From: Eledone cirrhosa
Lineage: Eukaryota
DNA: 64,000 nt
Assembly (NCBI GenBank): GCA_964016885.1
Contig: OZ024741.1
Location: forward strand, 71,362,001 to 71,426,000
Reading direction: 5' to 3'
Each line of letters starts with the position of its first letter. Position 1 is the stretch's first letter. The position numbers and the translations under genes were made by a program. Of this stretch, positions 10,022-21,390 are shown piece after piece. Under the pieces are notes generated by a model, which was given only the letters and a program-made list of their open reading frames with translations, did not search any database and was not told the origin of the DNA.

Positions 10022-11998
10022 TCATCATCATCTTCGTTTAATGTCCATTTTCCACACTAGCATGGGTTAGACGGAAGTTGTCCCACTTGAGGCAAGGCTG
10101 GTCGGGTGACCGTGTCTCGCTCATATAGGACTATCTGGCAAGTTTTCTACGGCTGGATGCCCTTCCTAACACCAACCACATTTACAGTGTGGAACTGGGA
10201 ATTTTTTACCGTGTTACCAACACGGCCACATTACAGCGTGGACTGTGTGTGTTTTTTGTCATGACACCTACACGATCTCGATCTCATTTTCTCGTGCTGT
10301 TGGTGGGAGTGAGAGGATAGGGTAGGGGTAGTGGATTGGGGTGTATATTTGGTTAAGAGGTGCCTACTGACTGTAGGTTTTGCTTTGTACATAGGCAAGG
10401 CGGGTCTTCTGTATTACTGCGTAGCGCCAAAGATCTCGGTCCAGTAACATTGTCTTAGAGAGGTGTAAGGTCAGAATTTATCAAATTGTCCCAGGTTTTT
10501 CTGGGTCTACCTACTCCGTAACTTCTGTCAATTTTGATCGCCCTGCACTTTTTTATACAGCTGTCGTCTTTCATGCGCATCACATGACCATACCAATGTA
10601 GTCTTCTCTCGAGTAAACATCATCTGATCCCTCTTATACCTAATTTCTCAGTTCATTTATGCTTTTCTGTTCACGTATATTACTATTACACATCCAACGG
10701 AGCATGCATGCTTCGTCCCTTTCCAGTCTACGCAGGTCCTCTGCACGCAATGCCCATGTCTCACTGCCATGTAGCATTGCTGTTCGTATACAGGCATCAT
10801 ACAATCTGCCTTTCATTTTTAGAGAGAAACCTTTTGTGGCCAACAGCGGTATAAGCTCTCTGAACTTTTTCCATCCCGTTCTGACTACTGTACTTTCAGA
10901 ACACCCTCCACGACTGCTGATTTTGTCACCCAGGTAACGGAAAGTGTCTACTATTTCTATAGAACCATCCGGGCAATAGAAGGAGCTAGTATCCTTTGGA
11001 CACTTGCTACTTATTGCACCTGAGCATTGGCCACATATAAAGTCTACATTCTTAGATAGTTTACCTGTGATCCCACTACATCTTTTATGTACCCATACTT
11101 TGCATTTGGGTCATAAAAGGGAATTTCTGCCTACTCCTTTCCTACACACTGAGCATGGCTATTTCCCTGAGGGCACCTGTGCCCTATTTTCCTTTCTACA
11201 AACTAGAACTTTAGTCTTAGACAAGTTAATTTTAAGGCCTTTTGATTCTAGGCCATGCTTCCATGTTTCGAATTTGAAACAGCTATGAGCGTTAGATTCA
11301 GAAACAGCTATGAGCGTTAGATCATCTGCATATAGGAGTTCCCATGGGCAGCCGGTCTTGAACTCCTCTGTTATAGCCTGAAGGGCAATAATAAATAAGA
11401 GGGGGCTAAGGACAGAGCCTTGATGAACGCCAACTTTTACACTAAATTCTTCACTATATTCATTGTTAATTCTAACCTTACTGACTGTTTCATTATACAT
11501 AGCTTGTATAACTCTTACAAGCCATTCATCTACACCTAGTTTTCTAAGAGCCCACCAGATACTGTAGTGGGGGATTCTGTCAAAAGCTTTCTCCAGGTCT
11601 ACAAAAGCTAAGTAGAGGGGTTTACTTTTAGCTAGGTACTTCTCTTGTAGTTGTCATACAAGGAAAAGAGCGTCTGTGGTACTTTTACCTGACACAAACC
11701 CAAACTGCATTTCATCTAGATCAATTCGCTCTCTGATTAGTTGTGCTATAACTCTTTCTGTGACCTTCATGACCTGGTCAACTAACTTAATGCCTCTATA
11801 GTTTCCCCTATCTAGAGCATCCCCTTTACCCTTGTAGCAGTTAATGATGATGCTGCTACGCCAGTCTTTCGGTATGACCCCAGTCTGTATTACTTGGTTA
11901 ACTATACGGGTGACCATAGTGTGTCCCATCATACCAGATGCCTTCAACATCTCAGCAACTATCTCCGAAGGCCCAGCTGCCTTGCCTGTCTTCATCCA
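10022..11998 (-). mobile_element. RTE LINE family A, 5'-truncated and frameshifted
   Basis: ORF pieces 11654-11995, 11159-11500 (GVHQGSVLSP, LLYADD) and 10640-10843 are colinear with the 887-aa ORF at 21782-24445. A 3' UTR and (GAT)n tail are present. Confidence 0.92.
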
Positions 11999-11999
11999 A

Positions 12000-12210
12000 C
12001 CTCAGTATAATCACCATCACTAACATTATCACTATCATATTTATCACCATCATCCTCACCACCATCACTAACAACATCATCACCAACATCATCATTAGCT
12101 TCATTAACATCATCCTTATGAACATAATGAACATTATCACCATTCATTACTATTATCATCATCATCACCATCACCACTGTCATCATTATTACCAGTACCA
12201 CTATCATCAC
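12000..12210. repeat. Degenerate (CAT/CAC)n microsatellite
   Basis: Imperfect trinucleotide array; it produces spurious His/Ile/Met-rich ORFs. Confidence 0.85.
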
Positions 12211-12234
12211 TGGGACGAACATATTTCTATCACT

Positions 12235-14280
12235 AACAAAGAGTGGAAGGATTGAACTTGAAATGACCAGACTATTAAAGAAGTGGGAGAGGAAGGATAC
12301 AAGTATTTGGGTGTTTTTGAATTGGATAAGATCAAAGAGAAAGAAGTGAAGGAGATATTCAAAAAGGAAGTAAAAATGAAAGGCAGGCTGTATGATGCCT
12401 GCATATGAACAGCAATGTTACATGGCAGTGAGACCTGGGCATTGTGTGCAGAGGATATACTCAGACTGGAAAGGGACAAAGCATGCATGCTCTGCTGGAT
12501 GTGTAATAGTAATATACGTGAACAGCAAAGCATAAACGAACTAAGGGAGAAATTAGAAATAAGAGGGATCAGATGTTGTTTACTCGAGAGAAGGCTACGT
12601 TGGTATGGTCACGTGATGCGCATGAAAGACGACAGCTGTATAAAAAAGTTCAGGGCAATAAAAATAGACAGTAGCCACGGAGTAGGCAGACCCAGAAAAA
12701 CCTGGGACGACTTGATAAATTCCGACCTCACACACACCTCTCCAAGACAATGTCACTGGACCGAGATCGTTGGCACTACACAGTAATACAGAAGACCCGC
12801 CTTACCTAAGTACAAAGTGAAACCTACTACAGTCAGTAGGCACCTCTAACAAAATACACCCCGTCCCACTACCCCCACCCCATCCACACCACCCCTTTCA
12901 CTGTAAAGTTATGTTGGTACCACAACATCCAGCCCGAAACAAATGAGGTCTTGTAGGTGTCACGACAAAAAAACACAGTCCACGCTATAATGTGGCCGTG
13001 TAGGTAACACGGTAAAAACCTCCCAGTTCCACACTGTAAATGTGGTTGGTGTTAGGAAGGGCATCCAGCCGTAGAAAACCCGCCAGACGGTCCTATGCGA
13101 GCAAGACAACTACTCTTGCCTCAAGTGGGAAAACTCCCGTCCAAACCCATGCAAGCGTGGAAGATGGACGTTAAACGATGATGATGAAGGCAGGTGAGAC
13201 TTGTAATGTTTTCTATATTGAATGGAAAGAATAAGATCAAGGCAACAAATACATGGGCTGTGTCTCTCATGCATTATGGGGCAGGAGTTATTAAATGGAG
13301 GAAAGAGGAATTGGAAAGTATTGATAGGGAAACTAGGAAATTGATGACAGGATGTAACAAACTCCACCCAAAGAGTGATGTTACAAGAATTTATGTTGAA
13401 AGAGAGAAAGGAGGTTGGGGACTAATAAGTTGTGAAAATTGTGTCAAAGGCGAAGAAAACAACATAGCTTGGTACCTTAAAAATGTAAGGGATAACATGT
13501 CAAAAATAAGAGACCTTGACACACTGAAATCTGCTGATGCAGTAGTACCTAATGAATGCAAGAAGAGAGTGAAAAAGAAATTGAATAAGAATGGAAAGAT
13601 AAACTTATTCATGGACAGTACACTAAAGATTAAGTAGGCACTGGTTGTGACTTTAAATGGCGATCTGAAAATTTGAAGTAAAGCTCTGGTGTGCAACACC
13701 TAAAAGGCTCTTTGAATTAACTACATTAAACATCATATTGACACAATAATAAAATCACCATAATGTAGAATGTGTAAAACAAAAGGAGGAATGATCAGCC
13801 ATATTGTAAGTGAATGTGCTAAGTTGGCACAGTGAGAGTACAAAAGACCACATGATAATGTTGCCAGATATCATCCAATGGATGATATCTGAAAAATGTG
13901 GATTTGTCAGAGCAACTAAATGGTATGAGCAGACACCAGAAGGGGTGTTAGAGAAGGACGAATTTAAGCTTTTGTGTCACTTCACCATTCAATGCAATAG
14001 AATGAATGAGACAAGAGGCCAGACATTTCATTTATGAACAAGAAGATATATCTATCCCAGGAGATAGTGGAGTGAAGGATAAAGAACATGAAAAGATAGA
14101 GAAGTACTGAAGGAGGAAGTTGGAAAATTGTAGGGGGTGAAGGTTTTAGTGATTCCAGTGTTGATCAGAACATTGGGATGTATATTGAACTGTTATGAGG
14201 ACTATGTAAATAGAATCGGGATTAATGCAAGGTTACAGGTCATGCAGAAGACAACACTTCTTGGTACAGCAAGAATTTTA
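12235..14280 (+). mobile_element. R4/Dong-type (restriction-like endonuclease) LINE remnant, interrupted by an RTE
   Basis: GYKYLG (about 12295), then after the RTE insert LNGKNKIKATNTWAV..KLHPKSDVTRIYVEREKGGWGL, a CCHC remnant, KWYEQTPEGV, and QKTTLLGTARIL at about 14245-14280. Many stops and frameshifts. Confidence 0.8.
12372..13187 (+). mobile_element. RTE LINE family A 3' fragment nested in the R4/Dong element
   Basis: KMKGRLYDAC..LHGSETW..RRLRWYGHV (ORF 12415-12786), full 3' UTR and (GAT)n tail. Confidence 0.9.
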
Positions 14281-17200
14281 ACCCTTTAGTATTTGTTATG
14301 GGGCTGAAGTTTTCTATAACGTCCCCCTTGTTTGGGTCTTTTCTCAGCAGCACCACCGCTCCCCGGCTCACAGAACTAGGAATGTTCCCATTCTGCTGCC
14401 ACTTGCAATAGACATCTGCCAAGAGGTCGCCGAACAAGTCTGGCATATATGCATAAAACTCGTAGAGCAGACCATCCAAACTTGGCGATTTACCCCTCGT
14501 GCAGTCAGACATCGCTTCCCATATTTCACCTGCTGTTATCAGCTTTTCACAGCACTGCGCTGCGGTCATTGAGAGCCGCGGCAGTCCGTCGAGGTATGCA
14601 CCAAAATCCACACTCCAATCCAGCCTGCCGCCGCTCCAGAACAATTGAGCAAAGTGCTGTTGAAAAGCCACACAAATCTGCTCGGGTTCAAGCAACATGC
14701 GCCCGTTTTGACCGGGCCCATTGAACGGCTTTCATGCCCTTGTGTCTTAGAGCATGCGCTCTAGCTCTGACAATGCAGCCTTCATGCTTTGCATTGAAGA
14801 ATTGGTCGAGTGCCAATCTCGCCGCAAGCACGTCGGGTGTGATGCCTGTCCTAAACGCCTCTTCTAGCTTTCTAACTAACTCTCCCTCTACTCTATTTTC
14901 CTCTATCACTACTTCTTTGCTAAACCTTATCGATTCTACTCTAATAGCCCTCTTCAGGGTAAACCACCACCTGTTGTTGACGATCGCACCCGTCAATGCA
15001 CACTTAAATAATTTGCTAATCCGGTCTCTGTAAGCTTTGCGCGCCGGGAACGACGCGTTCAGCTTCCAGTAACCGGGCCCTTACCTATGGAGTCTATCTA
15101 AGTCAACTTCACAGATCACAAATTTGTGACAACCTCCACTAGCCTTATCTGTTTCCCTACAGAATACCCTATCTAAATACGATCTGGATGACCCGGTGCG
15201 GTTTGCCCATGTCCACATTGGCACATTCGGATAATCCAGTCTATACCTGTCAGACAGTTCAAAACGTCTTAGCAGGTTGTTGAGGCTTTTACACCCTCCT
15301 GCCCTGTCTACTAGCCCCACATTATCCCAGCGTGCATCTAAGATACTGTTCCAGTCGCCCACTAACACTAAAGAGCAGGACGTTCCAAGAGAGGTTTCTA
15401 GACGTCTGAAGAAATCTGGCCATTCTGCCCCTGTTGGGGCGTAGACGGCTACTAGCAAGTATTGCCTTCGCTGCCGGTCATGTCCAGCACCACCGACTTA
15501 CTTTCTGGGTCCAGGAAGATGGCCCATATGGCGAGATCCAAGCCTCTCCGAAAAAGCACAGCAACTCCTCCCGCCGATCCTGGATGGCTGGGAGATGCGT
15601 ATACATCGTAGCCACCGAAGGCTCATGCCTCAGAGATTCTGGTCTCGCTGATGGCCACCACATCTATGTTTAGTGACCTGAGGTCCTTGAGCAGGGGACT
15701 TGGGTTCCAAGATGATCTCAGGCCACGTACATTTATACTGCCTATTCTAAGTACGGGCATGTTGGATGAGGAACGGGGTAAGTGAGAAAGGATCACTTAC
15801 CTTGATTGTGTGAGGAAGGTATAGTAGAACCGTCCCTTCGGCTGGTCATGGGTGTCTCCAAGAAGATATCTCTATAGATTCTCTTGGAGAGTGACTCCCT
15901 GAAATCCCCAATATAGTTGGGGAATTTTTGTTTTAATTGTTTGTAGTCTTCGAGTTCAATTTCCACAATGTTAATGTTTTTTGGTAATGTTCTTGGTGTT
16001 GGTGGGGTGTGATAATTTACGTCTGAAATATCAGTGTGCTGTTTTATGTTCCATTAGTCCTTGGTGTGCAATGTTTATGGCTGTGTACTTTTTGGGGGGA
16101 GGGGTGGTTTTGTTGCTGTTGAGTGTGTGTGCTTTGTTGTGTTTGCAATGTTGGTGTTTTTGGTGATGCTGGTGGTGGTATGGTTGTTGTTGGTGGTGAT
16201 GGTGATGGCGCCGCCTCATACTCCATGTCCAACTGTGAGAGGTCGGAGAGGGTTCTACCCTCTCATTTGTTGTTGTTGTTGTTGTTGCTGCTGCTGCTGC
16301 TGTTGGTGGTGGTGGTGGAGCCTGGTCTGCTGTTCTTGGCACAGGTGCAGCTAGTGCAACTGTTTCTGTTGCTGCAGCTGCCGTCGCTGTTTTTGTTGTC
16401 CGTGGCTTTGGTGTGGGTGCCACTGACGTCTTTCTACTCTCTGTAGAAGCTCCCTACTTTTTCGCTGGGTGCTCTGTTTCTGATGGCAGCGGTTCTGGCA
16501 TTGGAAGGAGGGGGACCTTGGCCTTTGTTATTTTCTGTGGTCAGAAAGCCCTGAGGTGAGACTTCAATCCACAGTTGAAGCACTTTGGACGCCTTCCTTC
16601 CACAGATATGGGAAGTTGGGAGCCATTCCCGAGGTCTATTACGTCGGGAATAGCACTGATTCAGTCCTGGTCGGTTTGGATGAGCATCTCCATTCCAATA
16701 CCGGGCCAGTCCTCTCTCCCCAACTTCTGTACCTGCAGAATGGTTGTTCTATCCTCGATGCCCGCAAGAACAGACACGACCAGCCAAGGCATGGGTACGT
16801 AGGGCGGGACCTGGGTTACCCTGACCTTTGCAATTTTTTTCCCATAGTAAAACAGGACTAACGTTATGTCATCACTCCGTAGGGTCCTCAGTGAGTGCGA
16901 TTTTGCTTCCTGGGTGGTAGCAAAAAGGACGTCCACAGTAGCATATTTCTTGCCACGTGTGATGTGGGTTTTCCATGCCACACAGTTCCCAAGGCTTTCT
17001 GGATTTGGGCTTCCAAGGCTCTCTCCACCCGACGCGATTTCATGGTAATTGTGCAGTATGACACTGTGCGTCGCTCTTGTTCCTCCAGGAAGTCAGTTCT
17101 GTTTACCATCTGTCTTGCGACCATCTCCTCCTCTGTGATCATGACTGTTTCTACGTTGCGAGCCACCTTTGCAAAAGAGATGGTCTCTTTTTCAGTGGTG

Positions 17201-17700
17201 TCATTGTTGCCGCCACTACTGCTGCTACTGGTCTTGTTGTTGTTGGTGCTGTTGTTGTTGCCACTGCTACAAACGGTGTTGTTGGTGTTGCTACTGCTGC
17301 TACTGCTACTGCTACCACAGGTGTTATTGTTAATACTGCCGCTGCTGGTGCTACCTCCTTTGTTGTCAAATGCATCAGCAGCAGCCGCTTCACGACTGCC
17401 GCTTGATGAAGAAGAGAAAGAAATGGCGTTCACCTGACTTTCACTATGTGACGATGAAGAAGACGAAAAGGAAAGCAAGACTCCATGCTGACACCTGGGT
17501 GAAGAAAGAGAAGGTTGAGAAGGATACCTTGCTGAATGGGTAATTTTTGTGTAGATACATGGCAGAGAAATAGATTTTTTGAATGACGCCATTTTTCTTT
17601 TTTTTTTTTTGGCGGGACGTATTTGCTAAATGCAAAGTTCAAATTGGAATTAGTCCCGAAGGGCTAAATACTGATTAATTTCGACCACTTCAAAAGAAGC
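14281..17700 (-). mobile_element. Tx1/L1-clade LINE: ORF1 and N-terminal part of ORF2, disrupted
   Basis: ORF1 region (about 17592-15800) has Ser/Asn/Ala low-complexity tracts and a zinc knuckle CFNCGLKSHLRAF* (last Cys mutated to TGA, about 16541-16582). ORF2 starts at ATG 15760, MPVLRIGSINVRGL, with APE motifs AVYAP, GDWN, SYLDR and GPGYWKLN, then KSPSLDGL..EFY and KGD..NFSPIT. It breaks off before the RT core. Confidence 0.85.
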
Positions 17701-17719
17701 AGGGTGTGTTTAAACACAA

Positions 17720-18257
17720 AACTATATAACAAAGTTTTTAACCATCTCGCCAATTGCAACCCTGAGCGCCTCTTTGATCTCCATGTGTCTAACACACGTG
17801 GACATGCCTACAAGATCAGAAAACAGCACAGCTCCCATGACTTTCGTAGACATTTTTTCACGCTCAGAGTTGCTGAAGCATGGAACAAACTGCCTGCGTC
17901 AATTGTTAGCTGCCGAGACACTGCATCCTTTAAGACACTCATGCTTCCCGAAATACGCCAAAACTACACCTGATGTACCCCTTCCATACACATGCACACG
18001 TGTGTATCATGACTCGTGCACTGTTCATTTTACTGATGTTTGTGCATTGCCCTATGTACTGTACATGCACTTTTTTGATGAGTTGTGGTGCACCTGGGCA
18101 CTGTACACAATATTTCATTATTGTTATTATTATTATATCATGACTCATACACTGTTTATCTTCCTGACATTTGTACATTATTCTATGTACTATACCTTTG
18201 ATGAGTTGTAGTGCACCTGAGCACTGTACACAATAATTTCATTATTATTATTATTAT
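17720..18257 (+). mobile_element. CR1-clade LINE 3' end with duplicated 3' tail
   Basis: ORF 17704-17973 has TRGHAYK..RRHFFTLRVAEAWNKLP. The 3' UTR end tttgatgagttgt.gtgcacctg.gcactgtacacaata..(tta)n occurs twice (about 18074-18135 and 18197-18257). Confidence 0.85.
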
Positions 18258-18371
18258 CACAATTTTTTGCAATAAGTTCGCAATAAAAACTGTTCAAAAA
18301 TCACAAACTTACGGGAACAAAATTTCCTGCGACGTGTATACTTCCACAATAATAATAATAATATTATAATA

Positions 18372-18670
18372 ATAATTGTTTCTACCTTTGGCACAAGGCC
18401 AGTTATTACCCCAGTGCATTACTGGTACTTTATTTTATCGACCCCATAAGGATGAAAGGCAAAGTTAACCTCGGCGGGATTTGAACTCAGAATGGCAAGG
18501 GCCATAACTCAATGCGTCAAAGCATGGCGTCCGACCCTCTACTGCCAATCCACCACCCTAATAATAATTGTTTATACTTTAGGCACAAGGCCAGCAATTA
18601 CCCAATGCATTACTGGTACTTTATTCTATCGACCCCGGAAGGATGAAAGGCAAAGTTAACCTCGGCGGGA
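18372..18670 (-). mobile_element. Family-A SINE plus a truncated second copy
   Basis: Same core as the other family-A copies, reverse-complemented. Confidence 0.85.
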
Positions 18671-18689
18671 TATAAATACCAACAGATAA

Positions 18690-19150
18690 ATACCAGAAAA
18701 AGTGTCAATGAATGACAGAGCAACCATTCTCTGGGATATGCCAATACATACAGACAGAGAGATCAATGCCAACCAACCAGATATTATAGTCAAAGAAAAA
18801 AAATAGATGTATCAATCCCCACAGGCAACAATATATCTTCCATGCAAATAGAGAAACTCTCCAAATATAAAGATCTAGAGATAAAAATAACTCAAATGCG
18901 GAAAATGAAAACACAGACAATACCTATAATATTAGGTGCTCTAGGAATGATAAAAAAAACACACAGACAAATACATAACCAAAGCCCCAGGACTTAGAAT
19001 ATATACAGCATACAAAAGATAGCACTGCTAGGCACTGCACACATATTACAAAAAGTAATACAATACAATAGAAACAATATCAGCAAAAACTATACTGCTC
19101 ATACCCAAGGCGCACAGAGCTGTGCTCAGTAAAGCAGTAATGATGCGTGA
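18690..19150 (+). mobile_element. R4/Dong-type LINE 3' fragment (RLE domain)
   Basis: WDMPIHTDREINANQPDIIVK, EKLSKYKDL, IPIILGALG and IQKIALLGTAHIL read on the + strand with frameshifts. Confidence 0.8.
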
Positions 19151-19164
19151 TAACCAAAAGCTTA

Positions 19165-20880
19165 GAGATCTTCAAGGTGGCAGACAACATCAGACAGCTA
19201 TCAAGTAATAATATGAAGACCTGGGAGACAGAGCTAACATAAGGTGGAGAATCCTTGGGAAGAGTGAAGATCCAGAGAGGTATCTTTTAAGGAGATAGTT
19301 TGTCTCCTTCATTTGTTGTCCTTACCCTCATACTCTTGTCATTCACATTGCAAAAAGTGAGAGCTGGATACAAGCTGGAAAGAGGAGAGCTTACCATCAA
19401 TCACTTCCTCTTCATGAACGATTTAAAACTCTTTGGGAAAAGCGAGAAGCAGTTGGATGTACTTGTAAACACTGTCCGTATTTTCAGCAATGATATATGT
19501 ATGGAATTTGGTGTTAATAAGTGTGGAGTCCTAGTGATGAAGAGGGGTAAATTGAACAGAAACAACGAAATCCAGGTACCAATGGGTGAGATGATAAAGG
19601 AAATCAACACTGAAGAGGAATAGAGGTATTTGGGTATTCTGGAGGCAGATGACATCAAGAACAATAAACTGAAGGAATTGATAAGATCTGAATACGTAAG
19701 GAGAGTAAGGAACATACTAAAATCACATCTAAATAGTAGGAATGTCATAAGTACAGTAAATTCCCAAGCTGTATCTATTATTAGGTACAGTGCTGGTATT
19801 CTCAGATGAAATGTTACTGAACAAAAAGAAAAGGATAGCAAGACTAGGAAGCTAATGACTACCCACAACATGTTCCACAAGAGGAGTGATGTTGATAGAC
19901 TCTATTTAAAGAGATCTGAAGGCAGAATAGGTCTTATCAGCGTAGAGGACTGTGTTCAGATGGAGAAGAGCTGTATACACAAATATGTGTCTAAGAGTAG
20001 GGAGCCAATGCTCAAATTTGTATTGAAGAAGAAGACAATAGACCAGGGGATGTCAAAGAAGGAAGCGCAACCTTCATGAAAAAACCCTTCATAGCACCTT
20101 TTTTAAGAAAGCAGAATTCAGAGATCCACAGAAATGGAGCTGGTTAAAAAGAGGATACCTTAAAAAAGCTACAGGGGGAATGCTACTGGTTGCACCAGAG
20201 CAAGCCCTCAGAACGAAGTGGATGAAACACCATATTGACAAGGAGGAAGCTAGCCCACTCTGTAGGATCTGTAGAGAGAGAGAGAAACCTGTGGTTCACA
20301 TCATATCCGAGTGTAAACACGTGGCCCAGACTCACTATAAAGGATGGAGGCACAATATAATAGGAAAGGTGATTCAATGGCATTTATGCAAACTAAATAA
20401 TTTACCACATTCTGAGAAGTGGTATGAGCATTAACCAGAGTCGGTAATAGAAAACGATCGAGTGAAGGTGCTATGGGATTTCAGGATACAGACAGACAGG
20501 AAATTAGAACGCAATAGGCCTGACCTGGTGGTTTTTGACAAGGAAAAAGGATCATGCCTGATTGTAGATGTAGCCTGCCCATTTGACACAAGAGTGCAAG
20601 AAAAGGAGAAAGAGAAAATTAACCGATACCAGGTTAATTATTAAAAAGGATTTGGTTATTAAAAAGGATTTGGAACTGTCATGAGATCAAGGATGGTTAA
20701 AGAACATTAGTCCAGCCCCCTTTTTTGGAACACTTAAAAGGCATGCTTGCTGGGAACAGCAAGAACCCTCTGATACGACCTGAATATCTGAGGCTGCAGG
20801 TAATGGCTTGATGTTCATTAGAACAAACTTTCCCGTTATTTACATCAATGACTGAGACTCCAAGAAAATAATAATAATAT
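19165..20880 (+). mobile_element. R4/Dong-type LINE, RT to RLE, decayed, with (TAA)n tail
   Basis: RGIF*GDSLSP, INHFLFMNDLKL, YLG, SDVDRLYLKRSEGRIGL, CRIC..HIISEC (CCHC) and WDFRIQTDRKLERNRPDLVV..IVDVACP. The tail aataataataat lies at about 20868-20880. Confidence 0.88.
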
Positions 20881-21064
20881 TTCTACTTTTGGCACAAGGC
20901 CAGCAATACCATAGATTCTGTTTTGCAAATAGGTTAAGGAAACAGAAAAGCCTTTAAAAAAACTTACCTACAAACTGCATAGTCATTGCTAGGATGAGAA
21001 TAAGGCAGATTGGTAACAACATTGTAGCTCTTTTAAAACTAATTTAACATATAGTTTTAAGTCA

Positions 21065-21202
21065 ATCTCTATGTATATATATTTGTGTTGTGTGTGTGTG
21101 CAAATGTGAGGGAAGGAGATATATACATATACATACATATATGTGCACATATCTACCTGTATATGTGCATTTTTATATATGTAATTATATATAGTATATT
21201 TT

Positions 21203-21234
<32 letters not shown>

Positions 21235-21280
21235 CATACATATGTGTGTGTGTATATATATATATATAAATATTGTATTT

Positions 21281-21312
<32 letters not shown>

Positions 21313-21355
21313 TATATATATATTGTATTTTATATATATATATGCATAGATATAT

Positions 21356-21390
<35 letters not shown>
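21065..21390. repeat. Compound (TA)n/(CA)n/(TG)n microsatellite
   Basis: Dinucleotide arrays are directly visible. Confidence 0.9.

Noticed and set aside
16541-16543. In-frame TGA at the last Cys of the CCHC knuckle (selenocysteine?)
   Set aside because: The element has many other stops and frameshifts, so a simple TGC/TGT-to-TGA mutation is far more likely.
15981-17437. Plus-strand poly-Leu, poly-Cys and poly-Val ORFs resembling membrane proteins
   Set aside because: Antisense readings of triplet-repeat tracts in the Tx1-like ORF1.
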